Of a stretch of 64,000 bases of DNA, positions 56,298 to 64,000 are shown piece by piece. Position 1 is the stretch's first letter; each line of letters starts with the position of its first letter. Location of the stretch: positions 46,995-110,994 of the forward strand of contig AP023053.1 of the NCBI GenBank assembly GCA_019703815.1, in the 5' to 3' direction. This DNA comes from Thaumasiovibrio occultus (GTDB lineage Bacteria; Pseudomonadota; Gammaproteobacteria; Enterobacterales; Vibrionaceae). The notes under the pieces are model-generated. The model saw only the letters and a program-made list of their open reading frames with translations, did not search any database and was not told where the DNA came from. The position numbers were made by a program, and so were the translations under genes.

Positions 56298-57202
56298 TGT
56301 TTCTGTGTATCGATATCGGTGGTTCTGCTATCAAACTCGCGGTGCTAGATGCGCAGGCCAACATACTGGAAAAGGGCAGTATTGTTAGTCCGCGCTCTAG
56401 CATTGACGAGTTTTTTGAGGCGATCACCCCGTTTGTAATGACGCAAATCAAAGCCTATCCCATCGAGGGGATTGCGGTGAGTACGTGCGGCGCGGTGGAT
56501 TGTGAAACCGGCATCATTCATGGCTCTAGCGCACTGCCTTATCTTCACGGCCCCGCTATTAACGATATGTTTTCTGAGCGGTTCGGGTTGCCTTGCGAAC
56601 TTGAAAATGATGCCAATTGTGCCGCGCTGGGTGAGTTATGGCGTGGAGAAGCCGCGCAAGTTAGCGATTGCTGTCTTGTCGTTATTGGTTCTGGTATTGG
56701 CGGCTCGGTGGTGCTCAATCGTGCGGTGACGCAGGGCAGTCAGTTACATCGTGGTGAGTTCGGCTACATGATCGCCAGCTATGACAACGGCGAACCACTG
56801 ACATTCAGTGATGTGGCCTCTACACGGGGCTTGATTGAAGCGGCGGCGAAGGCGATTAATGCGCCCAAAGAAAACCTCACGGGTTTGCGGGTGTTTGAGA
56901 TGGCCGATCAAGGAAGTCAGGCGCTGCAAGCGGTGATTGAACGCTGGTATCAGCACCTCGCGACGGGCCTGTTCAATATCCAATATTGCTTAGATCCTGA
57001 AGTGATATTACTGGGCGGCGCGATCAGTGCCCGGCCTGATCTGATTTCCCATTTAGATCGGCATATTGACGTGATTTTGCAAAAGCAGCCGGTGTGTAAA
57101 ATCCGCCCCACATTGAAAGTGTGCTCTGCCGGCAATGATGCCAACCTGATTGGCGCGCTTCATCATTTCTTAACTCGTCGCGCCTTAACTCGCCGTGCTT
57201 AG
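56297..57202 (+). CDS. second ROK family protein (kinase or regulator-less ROK)
   Basis: MFLCIDIGGSAIKLAVLD, ENDANCAALGE, GEFGYM. ATGA overlap with upstream stop. Confidence 0.7.
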   Translation: MFLCIDIGGSAIKLAVLDAQANILEKGSIVSPRSSIDEFFEAITPFVMTQIKAYPIEGIAVSTCGAVDCETGIIHGSSALPYLHGPAINDMFSERFGLPCELENDANCAALGELWRGEAAQVSDCCLVVIGSGIGGSVVLNRAVTQGSQLHRGEFGYMIASYDNGEPLTFSDVASTRGLIEAAAKAINAPKENLTGLRVFEMADQGSQALQAVIERWYQHLATGLFNIQYCLDPEVILLGGAISARPDLISHLDRHIDVILQKQPVCKIRPTLKVCSAGNDANLIGALHHFLTRRALTRRA

Positions 57203-57249
57203 GCAAGTAACGACGCACTTGAGAAAATAATTAATAGTATAGAGGTCTT

Positions 57250-58647
57250 ATGACAACGTATTCATTCCCTGAAGGGTTCCTTTGGGGCGCTGCGGCTTCG
57301 GGTATTCAAACTGAAGGCACAAAAAACAAAATTCACGAATCGATTTGGGATCTGTGGCACCGTGAGCAACCGGAGCGATTCTTTCGTGAAATAGGTCCAG
57401 AGACTGTCTGTGAGACCTATGACCGCTATAAAGACGACGTGCAGTTGATGAAGCAGGTGGGCTTCAACTCCTTCCGTACCTCGATTCAATGGTCACGCTT
57501 GATCAAAGATCTTGAAACGGGAGAGCCTTGCGAAGATGCGCTTGCGTTTTATACCGCGTACTTTGAGGAGATGATCGCTAACGGCATTACGCCGATGATC
57601 AACTTGTACCATTTCGATATGCCAGCAACGCTGCAGACCCAATATGGCGGTTTTGAATCCAAGCATGTTGTTGAACTGTTCGTAAAATTTGCTCGAACGG
57701 CCTTCAAACACTTTGCACACTTGGTGAAGCATTGGATCACCTTCAACGAGCCGATTGTGCCAGTGGAAGGCGGTTATCTTTACGACTTCCATTATCCGTG
57801 TAAGAAAGACAGTAAACTCGCGGTACAGGTCGGCTTCAATATCACTGTCGCACACGCAAAAACCGTGTTGGCGTTTCGCGAGATGGGCTGTGATGGGCAA
57901 ATCGGTACAGTGCTCAATCTCACGCCAAGTTATACCCGCGACGATCGTGCGGAAGACCAACAAGCCGCGTACTACGCAGATCTGCTCTTTAACCGCAGCT
58001 TTTTAGACCCAATGGTGCTAAATGAGTACCCGAAAGAGCTGTGCGAGCTGCTTGATAAACACGGATTGCTTCCAGAGTTCAATGCAGATGAGATGGCCGC
58101 CATTCGCACAGCGAAAGTTGATTTCTTGGGCGTGAATTACTATGTACCGCGCCGCGTTAAAGCGCGTGAAGCCGAATACGAGCTGGACTATTTTACTCCG
58201 GAGTATTACTTCGAAAATTACCTCAACCCAACCGGTCGATTTAACCCTTACCGCGATAATAACGAGATCTTGCCGACGGCGATTTACGATATCGCGCAGA
58301 ACATTCAGCACAATTACGGCAATATCCCATGGTTCTTAGCGGAAATTGGTATTGCGATGGATGAGGGCTCGGAAGGGAACGCGCTTGAAGATGGCATGAT
58401 TGATGACAGCTTCCGTACAGAACTGATGGTTGAACACCTAGTACAGTTGCATCATGCGATTGATGCCGGCGCTAACTGTTTCGGTGTACATCAATGGACC
58501 TTCATTGATAACTGGTCGTGGATCAATTCATTTAAACGCCGTTACGGATTTTATCGTTTAGATCTAGCGACCGGCCAACGTATTCCAAAACGCCATGGTC
58601 AATGGTTTAAAGCGCTGGCTGAAACGAATGCGTTTGTCGCCCCTTAA
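57250..58647 (+). CDS. GH1 family 6-phospho-beta-glycosidase
   Basis: FLWGAAASGIQTEG N-terminus. Acid/base ITFNEP. Nucleophile region present as FLAEIGIA (E-I-G instead of E-N-G). 465 aa. Confidence 0.85.
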   Translation: MTTYSFPEGFLWGAAASGIQTEGTKNKIHESIWDLWHREQPERFFREIGPETVCETYDRYKDDVQLMKQVGFNSFRTSIQWSRLIKDLETGEPCEDALAFYTAYFEEMIANGITPMINLYHFDMPATLQTQYGGFESKHVVELFVKFARTAFKHFAHLVKHWITFNEPIVPVEGGYLYDFHYPCKKDSKLAVQVGFNITVAHAKTVLAFREMGCDGQIGTVLNLTPSYTRDDRAEDQQAAYYADLLFNRSFLDPMVLNEYPKELCELLDKHGLLPEFNADEMAAIRTAKVDFLGVNYYVPRRVKAREAEYELDYFTPEYYFENYLNPTGRFNPYRDNNEILPTAIYDIAQNIQHNYGNIPWFLAEIGIAMDEGSEGNALEDGMIDDSFRTELMVEHLVQLHHAIDAGANCFGVHQWTFIDNWSWINSFKRRYGFYRLDLATGQRIPKRHGQWFKALAETNAFVAP

Positions 58648-58857
58648 TTGATCGTCTGTTGTATCGAAGCCATTTAACGTAGGTTAAATGGCTTTTCTCG
58701 TTTAGGCGCCGCAATGGCAATGGCAATGGTACTGGAAGTCGTCACGTTGCGGTGATCACAAAGTGTCAGGGTCAAAAAGAAAATCTAACAACGCGGTAGC
58801 CTTTAAAGCTATCATGCGGCTTGTTGATAAAGCGATGAATTAAGAGGGATTATCGCA

Positions 58858-59328
58858 ATGACAAAGACGCAGATGGTACTGGGTTGTTTAATTTTTTCTA
58901 TTGCGGTGCTGGGCTTTACCTTGCAACCGACGTATCAAGCCAACTTTTGGAAAATTAGCCCCAACGGTGTCGGCTATATTCGGTTAGACCCTTATGTCTC
59001 GTTTAAGATTGAGGGGATCGCTCGGCCAGATAAGCAGCATTTCGTTTTGAGTTATATGGATAAGCGACGTGTTTGCTTGTACGACGAAAATAGCCGAGAG
59101 CACACCCTGACGACCATGCAGTTGAATCGCACATCCAGTGAAGCCGTCGTATTGTGTTCGCCGCAGGGCTATCAGGAAAAAGGGATCTGGTTTGATGTCG
59201 ACACGCTAGCCAGTTTCATTGGCCCTGAGTCTTTGGTGATTGATGGCTATACCGTGCCGATGAGTCGGTTTGAAGACATTGCGCGACGCTCGTTTGCGCA
59301 AAGCCAAAGCCGGTTCGAGAGATCATAA
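58858..59328 (+). CDS. hypothetical exported protein
   Basis: MTKTQMVLGCLIFSIAVLGFTL hydrophobic N-terminus. 156 aa. Confidence 0.5.
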   Translation: MTKTQMVLGCLIFSIAVLGFTLQPTYQANFWKISPNGVGYIRLDPYVSFKIEGIARPDKQHFVLSYMDKRRVCLYDENSREHTLTTMQLNRTSSEAVVLCSPQGYQEKGIWFDVDTLASFIGPESLVIDGYTVPMSRFEDIARRSFAQSQSRFERS

Positions 59329-59370
59329 AAGGTAGATAGCCTTATAGTAACGATGACGTTACTGATAGAA

Positions 59371-59395
59371 AAATGCCCTCACATGAGGGCATTTT
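59371..59395. terminator. bidirectional rho-independent terminator
   Basis: ATGCCCTC-ACAT-GAGGGCAT hairpin with AAA upstream and TTTTTTTTA downstream. Between convergent genes. Confidence 0.8.
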
Positions 59396-59428
59396 TTTTA
59401 CCTGGCTAGTTGCGATGCTGCATCGCCA

Positions 59429-61909
59429 TTATTGGTGGCTTTTCGCCAGATGATAGACCCGCAACTGTTGCTCGAACGCCTCTAGTGTTATATCTCCGGT
59501 AAAGGTTAACGTGCGCGGCGCATCAGGCAGCAAGGTAAAGCTGGCATCGCTAAAGCGGCCAAGGCCATCAACTTCCGGCTGGACAAAGAAGGCCGGCTTG
59601 TCGGTGGTCAAGGTCAGCGCGATCTCGCCCTTGTCATTGTGTGCGCACGCGATCTCAATATTGGCCTGTGGCAACGGGAGACGTTTATACAGATCGCCAA
59701 ACCAGTTATTGGTGATTGTGCCGTGGGCGCTGTTGAGTTTGACGTAGAAGAAGCCTCGCTCAGCGACGATATCGTCAAGCGGGTAAGCCCATGCGATGTC
59801 ATTGCCATCATCGGCTACTGTGTGGGCGATCTCCCAACGCTGGATCGTGTTGCCGTCCCAATCGAGCCACACCACTTCGCCATTAAATTCACGGGCTTGG
59901 TGTTCATCGTTGATCAGGTGCAAGGTTAGCGCGTTATCGGTGGTGACAAACGCAGCCAGTTGCGGCGCAAAAAAATGTTTTGCATGGTAGTGCAGCTGTT
60001 TCCAGCGCCCGTTGTGCTCGATGCTCGACCATGAGCTGACCGGCCAGCAGTCATTGAGCTGCCAGTACAAGATCCCGCGACAGACCGGTTTATTGGCGCG
60101 CCAATATTCACTCGCGGTTTTGATCGCCAGCGCTTGCTGTACTTGGCTCAGATACAGCATGTTGTCAAAGCTCGACGGAAAGCGGAAATAGCGGGTAAAC
60201 ATCTCAGTCATGATACTGTTGCCGCGGCCATTTTTCTGGTGTTGCTCGAACGTTGGCGAGGTAACGTTCCAGTCTTGTGGCTCGGCAAAGGTTTTGACGG
60301 TTGGCAGCGACGGCCAAGACTGGTAACCGAACTCACTGCAAAAACGCGGCTTAATGCTGTGGTACGCATCGAACGATTTGCCAGAATGCCACACATCCCA
60401 AAAGTGCATGTCGCCTTTGTTGTCATCGTGCCATGCGTCGCCAAAATCCAGCTCGCCATTGCACGGTGAGCTCGCCCAAAAACGGCGCGTTGGATCTTCG
60501 CGCTCAACCACCTCTTGCAACACGCGATTGAGTCGGTCGTAATTCACCACGTATTTTTCGCGATTGGTGCGAGATTCAGGATACCAGCCAATCGCGCCAA
60601 TCACTTCGTTATCACCACACCACAGAGCAAGGGAGGGGTGATCGCTCAGGCGACGAACTTGCTCTTCGACTTCTTGCGCCACATCGGCCAAAAACTCCGG
60701 CGTGGACGGATAAAGTGCACAAGCAAACATCAAATCTTGCCATACCAACAGGCCGAGCTCGTCGCACAAGCGGTAGAACACATCGCGCTCGTACATGCCG
60801 CCGCCCCACACGCGGATCATATTCATGTTGGCCGCTTTCGCATCGTCTAACAGTTGGCGGTAGCGCTCTGGGGTGTGCTGACTTGGCATCGCATCGAGCG
60901 GGATCCAGTTAGCACCTTTCGCCATGATCGCTTTGCCGTTGACCACAAACGTCATCGCCGAACCGGCGTCATCGACTTGCGTGTTGAGCGCTAATTCGCG
61001 CAGACCGATCCGTTTTTCGATACTGTGTTGTTCATGGTGATCTTCCGCGCTAGTGGACTCATAGGTGCCGCCATCAAACAGGGTCACGCTCAGGCTGTAC
61101 AGCGGTTGCTCACCATAACCGGCAGGCCACCAACGTTGTGGCTCGAAGATCGGCAGCTGCCAGCGTACTTGTTGGCTAACCGGGCTTTCGGTTTGATGGA
61201 TCACTTGACCGCTAGGATCGCGCAGCTCAAGCACCAACAGGGCGTCGTGCTCAACGTCAATCAGATCGCACTTGGCGTTGACCGTCAAAATACACAGCTC
61301 GTCTTGCCATGTTTGCTCGGTACGCACTTCGGTTAAGCGCACATGGTGGATAGGGGTGAGCACAATCGAGTCATAAATCCCGCTTACCAACAAGCAAATG
61401 CCCCAGTCCCACCCCGCATGACATTGGGTTTTACGCAGGGTGTTCATGTGCGGAATTTGGTTGTTCCCTACCGCCCAAGGCACCGGGAAGGGCAGTTTTT
61501 CCGCGCGCTGTTTGGCTTCGATGTCGGCACGTTGCAGTTCAATCGTAATGGTGTTTTCGCCTTCTACCAAGTAAGGGCGAATATCAACGCGATAGCGACG
61601 GAACATGTTGCTGCACCCCATCACCCATTGACCGTTAATCGAGATCTTGGCGACGGTATCGACCATGCTCAAGGTGAGATCGACCTGTTTGGCGTCTAAC
61701 AAGGCGCTATCGGCATTGAACGTGCGATTGAGTGTCCAATTTTTCTCGCCCACCCACTGCACGTCACGTTCGTTACAGCCGTGGTAAGGATCGGGGATCA
61801 GCGCTGCCGCGAGTAGGGCGGAGTGCACATCGCCGGGCAAGGTAATAGGAATGTTGATGTGATCATTATCGGGAGAGCTTAACTGCCATTGGCCGTCGAG
61901 TGTCATCAT
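59429..61909 (-). CDS. GH2 family glycosidase, beta-mannosidase-like
   Basis: 826 aa. N-terminal PGDVHSALLAAALIPDPYHGCNERDVQWVGEKNWTLNRTF, typical of GH2 beta-mannosidases. GWDWG motif. TIM-barrel acid/base and nucleophile regions. Confidence 0.7.
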   Translation of the reverse strand: MMTLDGQWQLSSPDNDHINIPITLPGDVHSALLAAALIPDPYHGCNERDVQWVGEKNWTLNRTFNADSALLDAKQVDLTLSMVDTVAKISINGQWVMGCSNMFRRYRVDIRPYLVEGENTITIELQRADIEAKQRAEKLPFPVPWAVGNNQIPHMNTLRKTQCHAGWDWGICLLVSGIYDSIVLTPIHHVRLTEVRTEQTWQDELCILTVNAKCDLIDVEHDALLVLELRDPSGQVIHQTESPVSQQVRWQLPIFEPQRWWPAGYGEQPLYSLSVTLFDGGTYESTSAEDHHEQHSIEKRIGLRELALNTQVDDAGSAMTFVVNGKAIMAKGANWIPLDAMPSQHTPERYRQLLDDAKAANMNMIRVWGGGMYERDVFYRLCDELGLLVWQDLMFACALYPSTPEFLADVAQEVEEQVRRLSDHPSLALWCGDNEVIGAIGWYPESRTNREKYVVNYDRLNRVLQEVVEREDPTRRFWASSPCNGELDFGDAWHDDNKGDMHFWDVWHSGKSFDAYHSIKPRFCSEFGYQSWPSLPTVKTFAEPQDWNVTSPTFEQHQKNGRGNSIMTEMFTRYFRFPSSFDNMLYLSQVQQALAIKTASEYWRANKPVCRGILYWQLNDCWPVSSWSSIEHNGRWKQLHYHAKHFFAPQLAAFVTTDNALTLHLINDEHQAREFNGEVVWLDWDGNTIQRWEIAHTVADDGNDIAWAYPLDDIVAERGFFYVKLNSAHGTITNNWFGDLYKRLPLPQANIEIACAHNDKGEIALTLTTDKPAFFVQPEVDGLGRFSDASFTLLPDAPRTLTFTGDITLEAFEQQLRVYHLAKSHQ

Positions 61910-62255
61910 TGTTCTTATCTCTCAGTCCATCCATGACGAGCAAATCATCGGTGTTGCGCCCACTCGCTGCTCGTTGCTGAAGGCAACTTAGTAGGGAGGA
62001 GCGGTGGGTTTTCGCTGTCATACCTGACGGGCGATAGCGTCTGACCGTGTTGGCGAAAAATGGATGGTGTGTCGGGTTGGATTATTGGTTGCTGAAATCA
62101 TCATACAAATGACTCAAACCTGATAGCGATTTTGGAGTCATTTGAAAAGGAGATGTAAAAAAGCAGAACTTGATCACTTTTCATCCGCAGAGGGCGTTTT
62201 GGCCGCAGAAATAAGGTCTATTTTCCTTGGCGTTTTCGCCCTCTTTTTCTCAGTA

Positions 62256-62753
62256 TTAGGCTGGCGTATTGTCGTCACTCTTTTTGGCGTTGTTGCTAAA
62301 CCAATAACTTAATATTTGACCGACACCTGCAGTGAGCACGCCGAATAAGATCTGAATTTGTCCCATTAACGAGTTCTCGCCAACCGCCATGTTCAAGGTA
62401 TCGCTCACTTCAATCGCAATAATGGTGGCGAGCAAGATGAAATACGCGGTAAGAAAGATTGCGCTGATCAACAACTGGGGTTTGACGCTCGTTTTAGCCG
62501 GTGCGGAGAGGGCGCTGGGGTCGATGCCAAGTTGCTGCATTTCGGCTTTAAAGCTGCCTTCGAGTTCGCGCAGTACCAGTAAGTTATCAGGATTACTGAG
62601 CTCTTCACGTAGCTTGGTTTTGGCGTTGGCCTCATCGGGATCGATGGCCAAGCTGCTGTAGAGAGAGCGTTTGACCATGTCGGATAACGGGCCGTGCATG
62701 GCGCGCGACAACGTGGGGGCAACGTGAGTAAGAACCGGACTATCAACAGACAT
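62256..62753 (-). CDS. hypothetical protein with C-terminal TM helices
   Basis: 165 aa. Soluble N-terminal half then two hydrophobic helices. Confidence 0.5.
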   Translation of the reverse strand: MSVDSPVLTHVAPTLSRAMHGPLSDMVKRSLYSSLAIDPDEANAKTKLREELSNPDNLLVLRELEGSFKAEMQQLGIDPSALSAPAKTSVKPQLLISAIFLTAYFILLATIIAIEVSDTLNMAVGENSLMGQIQILFGVLTAGVGQILSYWFSNNAKKSDDNTPA

Positions 62754-63259
62754 GGTAAATTCCTTTTTACGTAGAGTTTGTCTGTAAATATAGGCAATTG
62801 GCAGCAGCTAGCCATCAATGAGAGAAAAACCGTGGCGAGCGCAAAGGCGCAGCAAGCCGGACACGCGCTGATGACGGGGAAGAAGAAAGGATAAGCGCCA
62901 CGGTCAATAAATGAGGTATCAGTACAATATCTCGCCATTGAAGAACTTAACAGAGTGATCTTTATCAAGTTATCGTTTTTGTCTATCTAAGTAATAGAAA
63001 ATTTCAATTTCTTTTACACCGAATTCACTGTTACATTCTTGCCATCACCCAATGTAATGAGTGATGTATTAGTATGTTGCCAAGATGGCGAAAAGTTGTG
63101 TTGATGTCCCTTCCCACATCGCCTCCCACTCTCTGTGCCGCACTGTTCATCACTTATCGATTACCTCAAGACGTCACTGAAGAACTGACTACACTCTCTA
63201 AAGAGCCGTCCATCAAGAAGTCGTTGGGACTGTTAATTTCTGCCTTGTGATTTAAGGAA

Positions 63260-64000
63260 TGATGATGGTGTTACCCGAAAATAGCAGTATCGTTATCTTT
63301 GGTGCTTCTGGCGATCTTACTTACCGTAAGTTGATCCCCGCGCTGTACCATTTATACGCTAACCAGCAATTGCCTGAGTCGTTTGTTGTGGTTGGCGCAA
63401 GCCGTACTGAATACAGTGACGATGCTTACCGTGAAAAGCTCGCGCATTCGCTACGTGAACTCGAGCAAACCGAGCCGGACACCTTAGCTGCTTTCATGCA
63501 GCATGTTCACTACCAAACCGTGAACACCGCCGATCAAGCCGATTACGCTAATCTGGCGCAACGTTTAGAGGCGCTGGCCGTCGAGCGCGGTTTTACTCAG
63601 CGCAATACCCTGTTTTACCTTGCCACGCCGCCGAGCCTGTATGGGGTGATCCCCGCAAACCTGGCCGCGCATGGGTTGAATAACGAAGACAATGGCTGGA
63701 AACGCCTGATCGTTGAAAAGCCGTTCGGTTATGATCTTGCCTCCGCCAGAGCGCTGGATAAAGAGATCCACCAACATTTCCAAGAGCATCAGATCTACCG
63801 CATTGACCATTACTTGGGCAAAGAAACCGTGCAAAACCTGCTGGTGTTCCGTTTCTCCAATGCGATGTTTGAGCCGCTGTGGAACCGCAACTTTATCGAC
63901 TACGTCGAAATCACTGGGGCTGAGTTCTTAGGCGTAGAAGAGCGCGGTGGCTACTATGATGGCTCTGGCGCCGTGCGTGACATGTTCCAAAACCACCTGC
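63260..64000 (+). CDS. zwf: glucose-6-phosphate 1-dehydrogenase (partial, N-terminal 247 aa)
   Basis: [18 protein letters not shown] (NADP site) and RIDHYLGKE active-site motif. Runs off window end. AAGGAA SD. Confidence 0.9.

Overview
This 64 kb window looks like a gammaproteobacterial chromosome segment, most likely Vibrionaceae. The gene content (GH18 chitinase with CBM5/12 domains, murQ-murP-murR, glgB/glgX, PTS/ROK sugar loci) fits a Vibrio-type accessory-rich region. Coding density is high, with about 65 protein genes, several clean rho-independent (often bidirectional) terminators, and no transposase, integrase or CRISPR array. No canonical tRNA or rRNA gene is present.

Gene content in order:
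- partial ggt, a DUF1176-like secreted protein, an SDR oxidoreductase, an APH-family phosphotransferase, a DUF333 lipoprotein and a MarR regulator
- a yjfI-yjfJ(PspA/IM30)-yjfK-yjfL-yjfM-like envelope-stress cluster interrupted by a TVGYGD/RCK potassium channel
- a modular GH18 chitinase and a DMT transporter
- a di-haem cytochrome c peroxidase whose stop codon overlaps the start of an unorthodox hybrid sensor kinase
- divergent glgB/glgX, an MCP, and TetR and GNAT genes
- a variant rtc RNA-repair locus, in which rtcR is separated from rtcB-rtcA by about 3.8 kb carrying a small membrane protein, an RluA-family pseudouridine synthase with a low-complexity insert, a degenerate tRNA-like element downstream of a sigma54-like -24/-12 box, and a TM-less SPFH/band-7 protein; the locus is bracketed by two heptamer tandem repeats
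- a roughly 3 kb AT-rich islet of small ORFs including a short endonuclease V-family protein
- a tRNA/RNA-themed neighbourhood: RNase Z/BN, a SLOG (Mo-carrier-like) protein, RidA, and a translationally coupled xseA-like/xseB-like paralogous pair downstream of a compound 7/8-mer repeat
- the murQ-murP-murR operon, several small secreted proteins, and a PTS(EIIC/EIIB/EIIA)-LacI-ROK-GH1 locus with a cytoplasmic Cys-type sulfatase co-transcribed with the EIIC, plus an adjacent GH2 beta-mannosidase-like gene
- partial zwf at the right edge

The rtc locus with its tRNA-like element is the strongest candidate for an undescribed system. All functional calls rest on motif and family recognition done by eye; no database search was possible.
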